Shown: one piece after another, positions 21,395 to 32,512 of the stretch | Position numbering within the stretch: position 1 is the stretch's first letter | How the letters are laid out: every line of letters starts with the position of its first letter | DNA from: Paramoeba atlantica | Lineage: Eukaryota > Protista > Discosea | NCBI GenBank assembly: GCA_977017575.1 | Contig: CDRNVI010000065.1 | Span: 186,001 to 250,000 of the forward strand | Direction of reading: 5' to 3' | Length of the DNA stretch: 64,000 nucleotides | The notes under the pieces: model-generated | The model's input: the letters and a program-made list of their open reading frames with translations, nothing else | Databases searched by the model: none | What the model was told of the DNA's origin: nothing | Translations under genes and position numbers: made by a program

Positions 21395-22148
21395 GTTAGA
21401 AGCAAAAAAAAGAAAATTTCTTAAAAAGAAAAATGTAAATGTATTGAGATAAAAATGTAGCAATGTGTATCAATTTGTAGTAAATTACTACAAATTGAAT
21501 CCAGTGTGTGTCCTTTTCACTCGTTGAAAGCTGGTTCATGTTGTAACCTCAAAAAAATGTGCAAAAAACCATGAGTTTTACAGAACACCCCTATATTGCG
21601 TCATTTTTCGCGCTTCTTCGCTTTTACACGACGGAACTATCTCGTCCCGCGTGTCTTCCTGTACAACACGTACGTCGTAAGATGTGCACAGCTTTTGTAA
21701 AATATTAGAAGCGCTATCATTATCGATAAATAATTTTCTTAATATTTTGTCCATTTTTTTTCACAATCCCCCCATTATCCTTAATAATTTTAAATATGAA
21801 CCAGAATTGCCTGAAAACGTTTTGTGCAGCCATCCCAAGAATTTTTGGCGGGCGTGAAGGCAAGGGGACACTTAACTGAGCACTAATCATGAGCTTTCTG
21901 CCTGCTTACATGCTTCTTATCTGGATTTCAAACTATTTTACAAAAATTATCCAAAAATTTGCCTCGAAAATCGTGTTCGCCTACATTTTGGCCTCTACCT
22001 GGACAAGGGGGGTAGGGGGTCGCTCGAGTGAAACGGACCTCGGATTCGTAACGATTGGGTCGAAAAATGGTGGTATACCAAATATTTCCAAAATCGGCCA
22101 AAATACAAAACCTGTAGGGGGGGGTAGATATCGTTGCCCACCACTGTA

Positions 22149-22180
22149 ACTAGTATTTTAGTACGTACTAAAATACTAGT
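22149..22180. repeat. Perfect 32-bp palindrome
   Basis: ACTAGTATTTTAGTAC|GTACTAAAATACTAGT, directly after the Tc1 element's right TA. Confidence 0.9.
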
Positions 22181-22674
22181 AATCGACTAGTCCGTATTAT
22201 TGCATGTACTATGAGATACTACTTCTTTGGAATGTAAGGATTTTTTTCTCAGGTATTGGGGCACTTCTATTTGGCAAACGTTTGATCGAAACAGACGCGA
22301 CAACTATTTTGCATGGGCATAGTACAGTATGGAGGACATTTGCGAGTATTATCACGGTCGACGTGGAGCTCTTCTTTTAGAGGGGAGTGGAGATAACTGA
22401 GAGAGGAATGATAACTGCTGCTCGAGAACTGCTGCTGAGGGATGATAACTGCTGATGATGAGGAACCATCACAAGGTTGCGGGTGTTAAGAATAAAAAGC
22501 TGAGATGCACAGCGAGTCATCAGAGGCACCACGAAAATACTCCCCTTTTCATAATTCTTTATCGTTCTATAATAGAACGATAAAGTATAAAAGCGGGCTA
22601 GTATGTTGCATACTAGTACATACTACTGCTTTCTTTTTGTGCGCTTTCTAGGAAATACGGAAGATATGGAAGAG

Positions 22675-25600
22675 TTATTTCTTATTCGAAGTTGCCCTGC
22701 GTTTCGATATCGCTTTAGGTTCTCTATTACACAGCTTGTATCTCTTTTTCATCCAAAAGCGGAATAGTTCAGTCGAAACATTTTCGTCCTCTGGATGTAA
22801 CCGTATGCTGACATGAATACCAATGTTATTAGGTTTCAGAGTTGGTAAATCAGCGAATTTCAGTAAAACCGATCCAATATTTATCTCCTGTGTGAGATCT
22901 CGGGGCCCGATATCAGATGACAACGGCTTTTCCAGAACAGTAGTAATTTTGTTCCACCATGTCGAGAGAGAATTAATTGCAGTCTTTCTTTTGTGTGTCA
23001 GCAATGTTCTTGCTTTCAATTCATTCATAGTATTATCTTCAGTTCTTATGAAGAACGAACGTCCATATGTTTCTGCCGCTTTCCCAAGTAATGTTTTAAG
23101 AATTTCGTATCTATCTGAACATTTTTCTCGTAGGCAACTGTTAACAGACTCCCAATCAGGTGGATTCCAGATAAAATCACGCATATTTCGATGAACATTC
23201 GGTTTCGCGTAAGCGTTTAGTACAACGACAGGGGGAAAAGATGCAACCATCTCATCTTTACTAAAAGCAAAGGATTCTCCGGCTTTTCCATGATGTTTCT
23301 TAAAAAATATCATCCAGAAACGAAAAAAATCCCGCATACAAGATCTCGTTTTCTTGTAAACGTCATCCTGTAGTACAGCCATAGCATCTCCGTAACTCAC
23401 TTGATTCAGGGAATGTTCGATATTATCTTTCTCATCCGAACGCAAAGACTCTTCAACATTTTCTGTGCTTCGAGAAGTCATGTTTCTTCCAAAGGATACG
23501 GATTTCTCACCTTCTTTATCAGTATGAACGTGAAATTTCCAAAAACGGCTAAGGCAGGCACAGGCGCGATCGACAGATGCATTGCAATCGTTTGCTGTAA
23601 TAAAAGAAGGGCAAAAGGCGCTGAGAACTCGAACCGCAGACGAAGGTCCAATGCCCTTTACCCCTTCAAAATAATCCCCACCAAGCAGAATACCCAACAC
23701 TAAAAAGTCGCTGCGATCGAGACACAAATCTCTCTTAATCTTATCAACGTGAAATACGTGAGGTCTTACGTACGAGTGATCAAAAAATCTTCGAATTACA
23801 CATTTAGCCCCGAAAAGAAACACATCACTATCATCACTCACAACAGCGTCCACCACTCCTTCACTATTAAGCACCGCACACTGCGCGTCGGCCTCTGAGG
23901 GGCTCTCAACGTACGGTATTCCGAAGAGTACAAGTAAATTCCGGAGATCTAGAAGAATAGAACGTATTTGTGCGTGAAGGGGAACTGATACGTTTTCTTG
24001 CTTTAGTGCTTCGTACTCATTTTTGGCGCGCATCTCAGCTTCTTGTAATATATTTTCCAACTGCAAGCGATCAGGGGGTTGAGCAGAAAATTTCTTGTCT
24101 GATGATGAAAGTACTGCTACGTCAATTGCTGGAAGACTGGGAGATTCTTGCTTTGTTGACTTCGTGTCTAATTTTTGATTCATAGCCATCGTATCGGAAT
24201 CTAAAATGCTCATTGATAATGCTTCGCCTTTCGATTTATTTATGTCTCCCAGCGATATATCATCTTTATCGTCGTGTGTTTCCAGTAAAAAATCAATAGC
24301 GGTCATGGTTCCTGATACTCTATTTTCTGATTGATCGATCAGCTCATAACATTCACTATCATCATCAGAATCCGAACATAAATCCTTGGAAAGGAGTGCC
24401 CTCTGTTCACCATTCCGTGGAATCGCTCGTTTTAGGTCATGCTCATTCAGTGCATCGACATTGCTTTGACTAATTGTTAAGGATTTAGTCGGAGAATCAG
24501 CAAGTCCAGCGGAGCATATAGATTTAGTTTCTTTCTCGGCAGTTGAAACACAAGAACCCAAAATAACTTTATCCACACTCTCCTCGCCGACGACTGTAGT
24601 AGATGAACAATCTGACAATGTACCTTCGCAAGAGTCGGTGAAAGAGGGTTTTCGCTCTCGAGCTTCCTCACTTGTGATATCTTGCGTGAGAAATTCAGAA
24701 GCTGAATGCAGATCAAGAGGTAAGTCAGCGTGAAGTTTCGTCAAACTAGTTTTGCATGAGGAAACAGTGATATTGGCATTGTTGTCACTGGTATGTGGCA
24801 CATTTTCAGTATTCATGAGCTGATTCGTAGAGTATATTTCTGGATCACGCGTAATAGTCTTCGAAGCTCGAGATGTGGCAGGTCCCAGATAGTAGAACGT
24901 CTTCGCTTGGGATCTGACCGAACCCAAAGTTTTTCGCGAAATCCAATCCAGGTTCCCCTTCTCATCTTCGTTGCAGACCTCCTTCCCTCTTCCCATATCT
25001 TGAGGAGCATTCTTTCTACAGTATTCATCTTGTTCCTGCTCCTTAGATTCACGCAAAGTTTCACAATACTGTACTTTCTTAATGTACGATGAGAGCTGTA
25101 TCCCTGAAAAAGAATTTGGGTCCTCACTGTTACGTAGACTCTTCTTATAGTAATCTTCTCTATTCCAATTCGGAGTCTTATAAGCACTACGTAAGACAGA
25201 TTCTTTATCTTCATCGTCCATACTTGCACTGAGTGCGCAGTGGCTTGATTCATTGTTCGTGTCACCAAATTCACTTTTTGTTGGAGAAATTTCGTATCCA
25301 GCTTTATTGTATTGATGTCGTAAACTAGCAACGCTGCGAAGCGTGGCAATGCTCATCAATTCTTCTCCTTTTTTGCTTGCGTCTTCGATCTCCCTTACTG
25401 CCACTTTTTCAGTGTCCTGTATTACCTCTTGTTTTATCTCAGATTTCACCCGTTTCACAGCCTTGCGGGCTACTTGCGCTAGGAAAAGTTTTTGTGCAGC
25501 ATGAGTTATGTCATCGTCAGTTCGATCTCTGGCCGCCCGGCGATTGCGCAAGACATCTGCTTTTAATGCGGGAGCGGCACCGTCAAAGACAAAAATAGGA

Positions 25601-25830
25601 CGAATTCCATAATAGAGTAGCTTTAAAATTCTCCGAACAAACCTTTCAACGTGCAAACCCGACGGTGTTGCTGTTCCTAATTCGGGATCGTCCTCTCGTA
25701 TTCGCGTATAACTGGACACCTTGTAGGCCCAAATGCTAGCGTCGATTGCGACTCGCATGCCGCGGAGTTCCTCCAAAGGGACAGGAACCCCGGCGGGTTC
25801 CAAAATCGACCATAGACAATGAATTCCCAT
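22675..25830 (-). CDS. ERCC5: XPG/Rad2 (ERCC5) structure-specific endonuclease
   Basis: XPG-N (MGI..LW..L...VAIDASIW; YYGIRPIFVFDGAAP.LK), long acidic spacer, XPG-I (SPSEADAQCA; VSDDSDVFLFG), H2TH (LLGGDYFEGVKGIG). Confidence 0.93.
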   Translation of the reverse strand: MGIHCLWSILEPAGVPVPLEELRGMRVAIDASIWAYKVSSYTRIREDDPELGTATPSGLHVERFVRRILKLLYYGIRPIFVFDGAAPALKADVLRNRRAARDRTDDDITHAAQKLFLAQVARKAVKRVKSEIKQEVIQDTEKVAVREIEDASKKGEELMSIATLRSVASLRHQYNKAGYEISPTKSEFGDTNNESSHCALSASMDDEDKESVLRSAYKTPNWNREDYYKKSLRNSEDPNSFSGIQLSSYIKKVQYCETLRESKEQEQDEYCRKNAPQDMGRGKEVCNEDEKGNLDWISRKTLGSVRSQAKTFYYLGPATSRASKTITRDPEIYSTNQLMNTENVPHTSDNNANITVSSCKTSLTKLHADLPLDLHSASEFLTQDITSEEARERKPSFTDSCEGTLSDCSSTTVVGEESVDKVILGSCVSTAEKETKSICSAGLADSPTKSLTISQSNVDALNEHDLKRAIPRNGEQRALLSKDLCSDSDDDSECYELIDQSENRVSGTMTAIDFLLETHDDKDDISLGDINKSKGEALSMSILDSDTMAMNQKLDTKSTKQESPSLPAIDVAVLSSSDKKFSAQPPDRLQLENILQEAEMRAKNEYEALKQENVSVPLHAQIRSILLDLRNLLVLFGIPYVESPSEADAQCAVLNSEGVVDAVVSDDSDVFLFGAKCVIRRFFDHSYVRPHVFHVDKIKRDLCLDRSDFLVLGILLGGDYFEGVKGIGPSSAVRVLSAFCPSFITANDCNASVDRACACLSRFWKFHVHTDKEGEKSVSFGRNMTSRSTENVEESLRSDEKDNIEHSLNQVSYGDAMAVLQDDVYKKTRSCMRDFFRFWMIFFKKHHGKAGESFAFSKDEMVASFPPVVVLNAYAKPNVHRNMRDFIWNPPDWESVNSCLREKCSDRYEILKTLLGKAAETYGRSFFIRTEDNTMNELKARTLLTHKRKTAINSLSTWWNKITTVLEKPLSSDIGPRDLTQEINIGSVLLKFADLPTLKPNNIGIHVSIRLHPEDENVSTELFRFWMKKRYKLCNREPKAISKRRATSNKK

Positions 25831-26077
25831 AGTTCACGTCACGCAATCATGAAAAATAGGCATGAATCTTAAATATAGCATACGCATTAAATAAAACAAG
25901 ATAGACGACCACTCTAAATAAGACCGGAAAATAGGCACTATAAGTGGGGTGGGGGCGAAGCACTGTACTTACGTACACTGTATGAGGGGAGTCTTATTTG
26001 GGCTCACATCTATCTGAGTAACGTTTACAGTAGTTGATAGTATCCACGTCTTAGTCAAAGCAATAGAATCAGGTGAA

Positions 26078-26818
26078 TCAACTTTCCGAAGAACTTAGAT
26101 CATCGAAGGGCACGTAAGTATCCAAACCGAATGCGGACTGTTGTGTAGATTCGTCTGCAACAGCGCGCCTTGCTCTAGTTTCTCTTTCGCAATCTAAAAG
26201 TGCAATCCAATCAGACTGAACCTTTTCAATGTCACTCTCATCATTGCACCTGATGTATCTATCTAAAAGCTCCGCGTTCAAACGAAAGAATTCCTCTCCC
26301 CAGTTAAAGGAACTAAGGACAGTGTGCGCCTTTTCTTCAAACCCTAAAATATAGAGAGCTGCTGCAATCGCTTCAGCGCAATTCATTTCGCTCGATTGGC
26401 CATAATGGGTTGGGTTTGCAGTCACTAGAAACGGTAATACTCGTGGGTGTCCCATTTTAATTTTCTTCCAATTGATGTTTTCAATCTCGTTCCAACTGCA
26501 GTCTACGACAGCCAATCCTTGCCGTTCGACGATATCTCGATCGTTTGGTGAAAGAAACCTTTGTGCCGTTGGAGTGAGAACAACACCAGGAAAACCTTGC
26601 TTTAATCTTAATAATTGTAGCTTCTTCTGCCTCACAAGCTTTAATCCAGAACAACGACGAGCATCACACTGGCCCAAATTCCACATTGCGAGGTGTAAAC
26701 TTTCATTCCTGTTACTTGAACACCCACTTCGTTTCAAAGGCATATGCAGTACTTTTTCGGATCCTTCCGAATCAGAACTGTTTGAAGAGATTTTCTGCAA
26801 AAATTTCCTCCTGAGCAT
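26078..26818 (-). CDS. TSR3: 18S rRNA aminocarboxypropyltransferase Tsr3
   Basis: LAMWNLGQCDARRCSGLKL, LSPND, VVDCSW, RVLPFLVTANPTHYG, CAEAIAAAL, FNWGEEFFRLN. Confidence 0.95.
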   Translation of the reverse strand: MLRRKFLQKISSNSSDSEGSEKVLHMPLKRSGCSSNRNESLHLAMWNLGQCDARRCSGLKLVRQKKLQLLRLKQGFPGVVLTPTAQRFLSPNDRDIVERQGLAVVDCSWNEIENINWKKIKMGHPRVLPFLVTANPTHYGQSSEMNCAEAIAAALYILGFEEKAHTVLSSFNWGEEFFRLNAELLDRYIRCNDESDIEKVQSDWIALLDCERETRARRAVADESTQQSAFGLDTYVPFDDLSSSES

Positions 26819-27738
26819 TTTCTTTACTAGTTGGTAAAAATTGATAAGTATTGATCCTCTAATTTATGTTTCAAACTTCCAATTACAGTGTCTGGTGTTA
26901 TTACGGGACGGGTATTTATGGGACGGGTATTTAAGGGGCAATACAGGGGTGGGGTCATCCTGTTGTGAAGGGGTTAATCAGGCACACTTAAAAATGTAAT
27001 TCGTAAGATGATTGAATGAAAAGGAATGTCTCTCTATGGTACACTTGAGGGGCTGCGGGTAGCGAGGTTTCACAGAGCGTTTCGTGTTACTAGTACGTAC
27101 ATGGCATAGCAGAGCGCTAGAAAAACCGAGACACCTATTACGGGACTCCTTGGCTTTGTTGGGTGGCTTTGTTAGGGGGCCCCGTACAGTAGAGAATATT
27201 CAAACCAACTTAAGAAACCGATAATGTCTCCAATTGTAGACATGGAAGAGATGGAGCGCCCGCTTTTCGATTCATCTTTCTCTCCAGGCATGTAACTCCG
27301 AGGCGACTGATGAATCGGAAATCATGGTGTACGACGGAACCATGCATAAGTTCATCAGCGCCCTCGTCTTCGGGGTCTCGCATTCCATTCCCACGTTCCT
27401 TAACGAATGAGTGGGCATATCAAACATTCTAACCGTCGCCTGAATACCCTGAGAATATGTAGGAATACTGTGGAATTTCCTATCCACAAAATACCTGTTC
27501 AGCAGTAAACCAAAACGACGTTTCTACGTAGCCTTCCCGCGAGTACAGTACGTAGCCTTCCCGCGAGTAGGGTACATGTCATGTACGCCGTTAACTCATG
27601 TACGGTTATGCACCTTTGATTGCAACCGCATAGGTTGTAAATGCTATTGACCAGTGCTAACTACAGGTTCAAAACTTAATTTCAAATAGCATAGTTCCAC
27701 ATGTAATCATTTTTTGGGAGAACGACAACGAAGAATAG

Positions 27739-28878
27739 TCAATTTACGTTCAAAGAGTCAATTTTTCCTATTAGTTGTTGGATTATGTTTCGTTCCCTCT
27801 GTTTGACAATGGCTGCTTCATCCATGAGTTCTTCATAAAGAGGATCAGCGCTCTGAATTCCGCAGTTTCCGATAGCGAGAAACGAACCGTGTTGTGAAGT
27901 TACATTGTCATTCGTATAAGATTGTTGCTCTGAGGGTGTACTACTTTTTCTTGTGAAGAAATTCCAAACCTGCGGTATCATTTCTATAAAACCAGTATGA
28001 TATTCAGAACGGGATGCTGTCTCCTGTTCTGAAGGGAGAAGCGAAATATTGCTCAAAGTCTGCGCACTTTGCGATCCACCCGCGTAGGTGAAATTCGATC
28101 CCAGAATGTTGGAGTCCAGCTCCATATCCTCGGCACGAGGGACGCACAGTGCTTTCGGTAGATTGAATTCTCTTTTTTCCATTAACCCAACGGTCGCTCT
28201 TGACAAATGAGCCGCTTGCTTAAAAATCCCGTAGAAAAGATCAGGATTCTGCTTCATGATCAATGCTCCACCAAGTAAAAACATTACGCAACACACAGTA
28301 AAGAAAAACGCTAAAGCCCAAAAGAAATACATACGATACCCGTCTGTCAGTTGTGCAAGTTCATCTCTTGTTTTTTGGCGCTCCTCAACAAGTCTTTTTA
28401 GGAAGTATTGTTTCGAAGTATTGCTGTGTAGCTTCGAAGTACAGAATTCCGTCAAACACTCAGCAGCTGTGTACGCATCCTGCCTTCCTGCCTCGCCAAG
28501 CATGAATCCCTCGTTTAAGACAAGTCGATGATAATGATCCTTTGCCTCATCAGCTGTCATGCCATAAACATTTTCTAGCTTAATTTTCAATATTTGGGCT
28601 GCATGCTTAACTTTCATCCACCTTTTCAACTCTTTTTGATTCATGTAACTCTTCCTTGAAAAATCTTGAGATTTCTTTCTATCATGTTCTAATTTGCTCA
28701 TCACAGGATCAAAAAGGCGATCCTTTTCACTTAGTGTCGGCCCGGAGATGAAATAGCTTGTATCCATATCTGGGGATGACTGTGCGCAGTTTACCCTTGC
28801 GACCATTTGTTGCTTCAAGAGCCAACTGCGAAATAACGGTGCCCGGCACCACAAAAGGGACTTATGGAATAGCATCAA
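27739..28878 (-). CDS. Hypothetical mitochondrial membrane protein
   Basis: 379-aa ORF on the cluster strand with a presequence-like N-terminus and one strong transmembrane segment (MYFFWALAFFFTVCCVMFLLGG). Confidence 0.65.
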   Translation of the reverse strand: MMLFHKSLLWCRAPLFRSWLLKQQMVARVNCAQSSPDMDTSYFISGPTLSEKDRLFDPVMSKLEHDRKKSQDFSRKSYMNQKELKRWMKVKHAAQILKIKLENVYGMTADEAKDHYHRLVLNEGFMLGEAGRQDAYTAAECLTEFCTSKLHSNTSKQYFLKRLVEERQKTRDELAQLTDGYRMYFFWALAFFFTVCCVMFLLGGALIMKQNPDLFYGIFKQAAHLSRATVGLMEKREFNLPKALCVPRAEDMELDSNILGSNFTYAGGSQSAQTLSNISLLPSEQETASRSEYHTGFIEMIPQVWNFFTRKSSTPSEQQSYTNDNVTSQHGSFLAIGNCGIQSADPLYEELMDEAAIVKQRERNIIQQLIGKIDSLNVN

Positions 28879-29120
28879 GAAAATAGAAAATTATGGATGT
28901 GGAAATAAAAAACCTAGGAAGTCGACGATACAAGTGTATTTCACCGTGTCCAGAAAAGGTTTATACGGTTTTTAAAATAAAAATTCCGTTATGAGTCTAT
29001 TTTTCTTCAATCTCTCCGTATTCATGAAAATATGTGTGCAAATAGATTGTACATCATAACCGGAAGTCAGGATGTTCGGACAAAACACATTGTATGTACA
29101 CACATTGTAGGTGCCAAAAT

Positions 29121-30467
29121 TTACCTCCTTTTGAAGGACGGTCGTCTTTTTGATGGAGCTCCAAAGGAAAATCCGCCACCATCTGTCCCTATACTGGCTG
29201 CCTCACCGAATGTGGAACTTCCGAAGCCAGATGGTGAAGCAGTTGTACTCATAAAAGGGTTGTCCAATGTGGCGGGTGCGGGTGTCGCGGCTAATTCAAA
29301 GGACGTGGAAGCAAAGTTTTGACCGGTTGCTTCCGAAAAAGTGGTAGGCTGCGGAGCGGTTTGTCCGAACGCAAATGTAGTTGATACGACTTCACTTTGG
29401 TTTTCCGTTGCAAGGGGTGGCCGGATACTATCACTTGCAGCGAAAGGAAGAGCAGTGGAATTCGTTTTCTGTGCTTCGAAAGTTTCTCCGAACCCACGCT
29501 TAGTGTCGGAAGTCCAAGTTTTACTCTCAGTGATACCAAAAGTTGATTTTGGCGTATCTGTTTTTAAGGAATTGTTGCCAGATTTTTTTTCTGTAGCTTC
29601 GGAAAGAGATTCCCACGCATTTCCAGCGGGCAAAGTATATTCCTTGGTGGTGATATTATTTGACAGCTGTAAATCTACGTCAGGGTTCCGCACGACTGCA
29701 CCTTGTTTAACATCGTGTTGCGTAGAGCAAATGGAAAATGGCTTAGTATCCGGTAATTTATTATTGGTGGATTCTAATGAATGATCAGGAGTGGACGCCT
29801 TCGAAGCATTTTCTTTTACTGTGGTTTTCTGGGTAAGTGCACCAATCATCGAACGCATCTCGCTGACATTGTCCTTCAACTCATCAATTTTCTTTACAAG
29901 AGGAGTTATTTGTTTTCCAAGCTCTCCGCGTATGCATTCAAGTAGACTTGATTCCTGGTCTAAATCAGGAGTTAAACACTTTACCTCGTTGGGAGCTTCT
30001 TGTTTCGCATTTATTCCAATTTTTTCCCTGATAATACCTGCAACCTCGCTCGCTAGATGCTGAGAAATTCTTTCCGAAAGTGAATCTCTCAAAGAAAGAA
30101 GTTGCCGCTCCGAATTCGACAGAAAGCCGTTGTGCTCGGGTGCGTATATATCCACCACTTTTTTTGAACTGCTTCCCACGGGAAGTGAAGATGAGTGCGC
30201 TGTTTGCAGAGGCGTAGTGAACGTGATATCAGACGCCATCTGAACTATTGACTTACTTCCCTTTTCCTCTACATACCCTGAACCAATATTACCTGATTCC
30301 ATTTCTTTCCTTTGACGTTTCGCTGAAGTTTCTCCGACGTTAACCCTTGGCGTTGCGGGATAGAAAACTACAGTCATTATAAAAATAATAATGATTAAAA
30401 ATGTAATTAGTGCACCTAGGGAATATCTCACGGATATGCAAACACAATCTTTAAAAGGAGAACCCAT
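29121..30467 (-). CDS. FG-repeat nucleoporin-like protein
   Basis: Central coiled coil; S/T-rich C-terminus with STFG, RGFG, FAFG, SGFG, STFG and FSFG repeats ending in a basic tail (KRRPSFKRR). Start uncertain. Confidence 0.65.
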   Translation of the reverse strand: MGSPFKDCVCISVRYSLGALITFLIIIIFIMTVVFYPATPRVNVGETSAKRQRKEMESGNIGSGYVEEKGSKSIVQMASDITFTTPLQTAHSSSLPVGSSSKKVVDIYAPEHNGFLSNSERQLLSLRDSLSERISQHLASEVAGIIREKIGINAKQEAPNEVKCLTPDLDQESSLLECIRGELGKQITPLVKKIDELKDNVSEMRSMIGALTQKTTVKENASKASTPDHSLESTNNKLPDTKPFSICSTQHDVKQGAVVRNPDVDLQLSNNITTKEYTLPAGNAWESLSEATEKKSGNNSLKTDTPKSTFGITESKTWTSDTKRGFGETFEAQKTNSTALPFAASDSIRPPLATENQSEVVSTTFAFGQTAPQPTTFSEATGQNFASTSFELAATPAPATLDNPFMSTTASPSGFGSSTFGEAASIGTDGGGFSFGAPSKRRPSFKRR

Positions 30468-30728
30468 TTACTCTACATGACGATTTGAAAAAAATACATT
30501 TTATTTAATATTGAATAAAAGCAGCTACATTTGTTTGGTCTGTAGACAAAAGTCAGGCAACATACATTTTACTTAACGTAACATTCCACCCAACATTTCC
30601 CATTCAGTATCCTGTTCCGGGGTAACAGTTCCCCAAAAAGATGAAACACTTCCTAATAAAAGAAGTGACAAAAACGTCTTGTACGTGGAGGAGAAATATC
30701 AGGATATCACTGGCAAGAACACCTTGCG

Positions 30729-31943
30729 TCAAACGTTGGCTCGCCTCATTTTCTGTCCATCAAATTTTCTGACTGATCTCGTGGATAAAAACGATAAAAT
30801 ATAGTTGCCCAATAAGCCCAAACGCAAATTCCACTCTATGAGAACTGACCAGCTGTTCTTTACAACACCACGTTGAATGGCATCAAGCCTTTCTAAGAGT
30901 TCCAAGGCAAGCCCTCCCTCGTGACAGGGAGCTATCGTGTACCTTTCATCGTTGTAGCATATACAATCGACGGAAGTAATCAGTGCGGCTGTTCCACACC
31001 CAATGACTTCTCGAAGGACACCTGAGCGATGGTGTGCGAGAAGTTCTTCAATGGTAATACTGCGCTCCTCGACGAGTACACTAGGAAAAGAAGACAGTAA
31101 CTGGAGAATGGAGTCCCGGGTAACCCCAGGAACAATCGTGTCTAGTATCGGGGAGGTCACCACAATACGATTCGAGCCGTGCTCTCCTTCACGAAGAACA
31201 AACAACAAATTCATCGAGCCGGCTTCTGTGCAGGTACGATTCGGGCCAAGCCACAGTACTTGGCTGCAACCGTTACGTTCTGCCAGTTTTTGCACATAAA
31301 TCGTCGGTCCGTAGTTGGCCGCGAGTTTGTGACTTCCCGCGCCCCCGGGCCAGGACCGAATATGCTCCTCCGCCACCAGAAGAGAAATCGGACGCGTACC
31401 GGAGTTATAGTACGGCCCCACGGGGCTCAGCAGCAAGAAGAGCTTCGCGCTGGACGGGATCCCTAGCCCGAGCGTGGGGTCGGTGCTGATCAGTGTCGGG
31501 CGCACGTACAGCGTGCAGCCCTCACGCTGTGGCATCCAGGACTGGTCCCGGCGGACAGCGATTTTGATCAGCTCCACCAACTCGGTCTCGTCAAACCCCG
31601 GTAGCGTGAGACGTAGAGCGCTGCGAAGAAACCGGGCAGCGTGCATGTCAGGACGGAACAGGCGCAGTCCCCCTGTGGGGTCGCGATACACTTTCATCCC
31701 CTCAAAGCAAGACAGCGCGTAGTGAAGCCCACTGCAGCTGTAGGACAGAAGAAGTTTCTTCTGTGTTTTCCGAAAGTAGGGCTTTCCCCAGCCCTGGCTT
31801 GCGGTCCAGTCTACCTGGAGCACATTAGGCGTCAGAATGGCTCCGAATTTCAGATCCTCCGGCAGTGGAGTTCGAGGCGGGGGACAAGGAGGTTTTTTCG
31901 GTGTCTCTGAGGCTCTGAATGTCATGAGGTAAGGGGTGAGCAA
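30729..31943 (-). CDS. BCAT: Branched-chain amino acid aminotransferase
   Basis: GLHYALSCFEGMKVY, LFRPDMHAARF, LYVRPTLI, HKLAANY (PLP lysine), EAGSMN, IVPGVTRDS, GCGTAA. Confidence 0.95.
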   Translation of the reverse strand: MLTPYLMTFRASETPKKPPCPPPRTPLPEDLKFGAILTPNVLQVDWTASQGWGKPYFRKTQKKLLLSYSCSGLHYALSCFEGMKVYRDPTGGLRLFRPDMHAARFLRSALRLTLPGFDETELVELIKIAVRRDQSWMPQREGCTLYVRPTLISTDPTLGLGIPSSAKLFLLLSPVGPYYNSGTRPISLLVAEEHIRSWPGGAGSHKLAANYGPTIYVQKLAERNGCSQVLWLGPNRTCTEAGSMNLLFVLREGEHGSNRIVVTSPILDTIVPGVTRDSILQLLSSFPSVLVEERSITIEELLAHHRSGVLREVIGCGTAALITSVDCICYNDERYTIAPCHEGGLALELLERLDAIQRGVVKNSWSVLIEWNLRLGLLGNYILSFLSTRSVRKFDGQKMRRANV

Positions 31944-32512
31944 GAAAGGTAAGACACGAATTACAGTGCTCGCAAAAATTAGTAAAGCTTTTAGTGCAAA
32001 ATAGTCAAAAAGTTCTACTAATTAAAAATTCACTAATTTTTGTTTTACTATTTTTTGCACTGCCCCCGAAAAAATTGCCAACTTGATAAAATCAATTTTT
32101 ACAGAAACGGTATTTCTATCATTTGAGTAGGTTGTCTACTCTAAGGTCGGCGTTAGTATCATCTACAAAATGGTAATGCTAAGGAAGACCGCGAGGAGGT
32201 CCCGACCATGCTTTCCCATGCTGAGTGTGTCAGGCTTCAGTGAAGCGTATTTTATGTAAACGGTATCTTTACCTCGAAGAAAATGCCCCCAAAAGGGATT
32301 GACTTTTGCCCCCTCCCATACAGTGTCCCTACATGAACATTCTACATGAGTATTCGAATAGCCAATTCTTTTGCTAATCTGTTAAGGACTCTGAAAACTT
32401 TTCGTAAAAAAGAATAGAATTCCGAAACAAAGAAAAAAAATAATGTAAGGTGTAAAACGTGAATTTTCCGAAGTGTTTAACTAATTAAAAATTTACTAAT
32501 TTTTGTTTTACA

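Larger units (their letters stand above)
19452..21510. mobile_element. Unclassified CAC-ended TIR element with 6-bp TSD, nested in the left Tc1 TIR
   Basis: 26-bp TIR CACAC(C/A)CTGGATTCAATTTGTAGTAA; TSD TCCTTT (19446-19451 and 21511-21516). The interrupted Tc1 TIR resumes (TCACTCG) after it. Confidence 0.8.
19339..22146. mobile_element. Non-autonomous Tc1-type element with ~120-bp TIRs (hosts nested insertions)
   Basis: TA|CAGTGGTGGGCAACGA... at 19339 and its reverse complement ending 22146|TA; about a dozen differences between the arms. Confidence 0.88.

Noticed and set aside
31300-31700. GC-rich patches in BCAT and eIF4G (37780-38700) as further skew-inverting islands
   Set aside because: GC is elevated, but a clear C3-to-G3 breakpoint could not be established by eye.
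25974-32325. ACACTGTATG...GGG inverted match that could bracket four genes as a giant composite transposon
   Set aside because: Only about 10 bp of identity, no TSD, and the enclosed genes are ordinary housekeeping genes.
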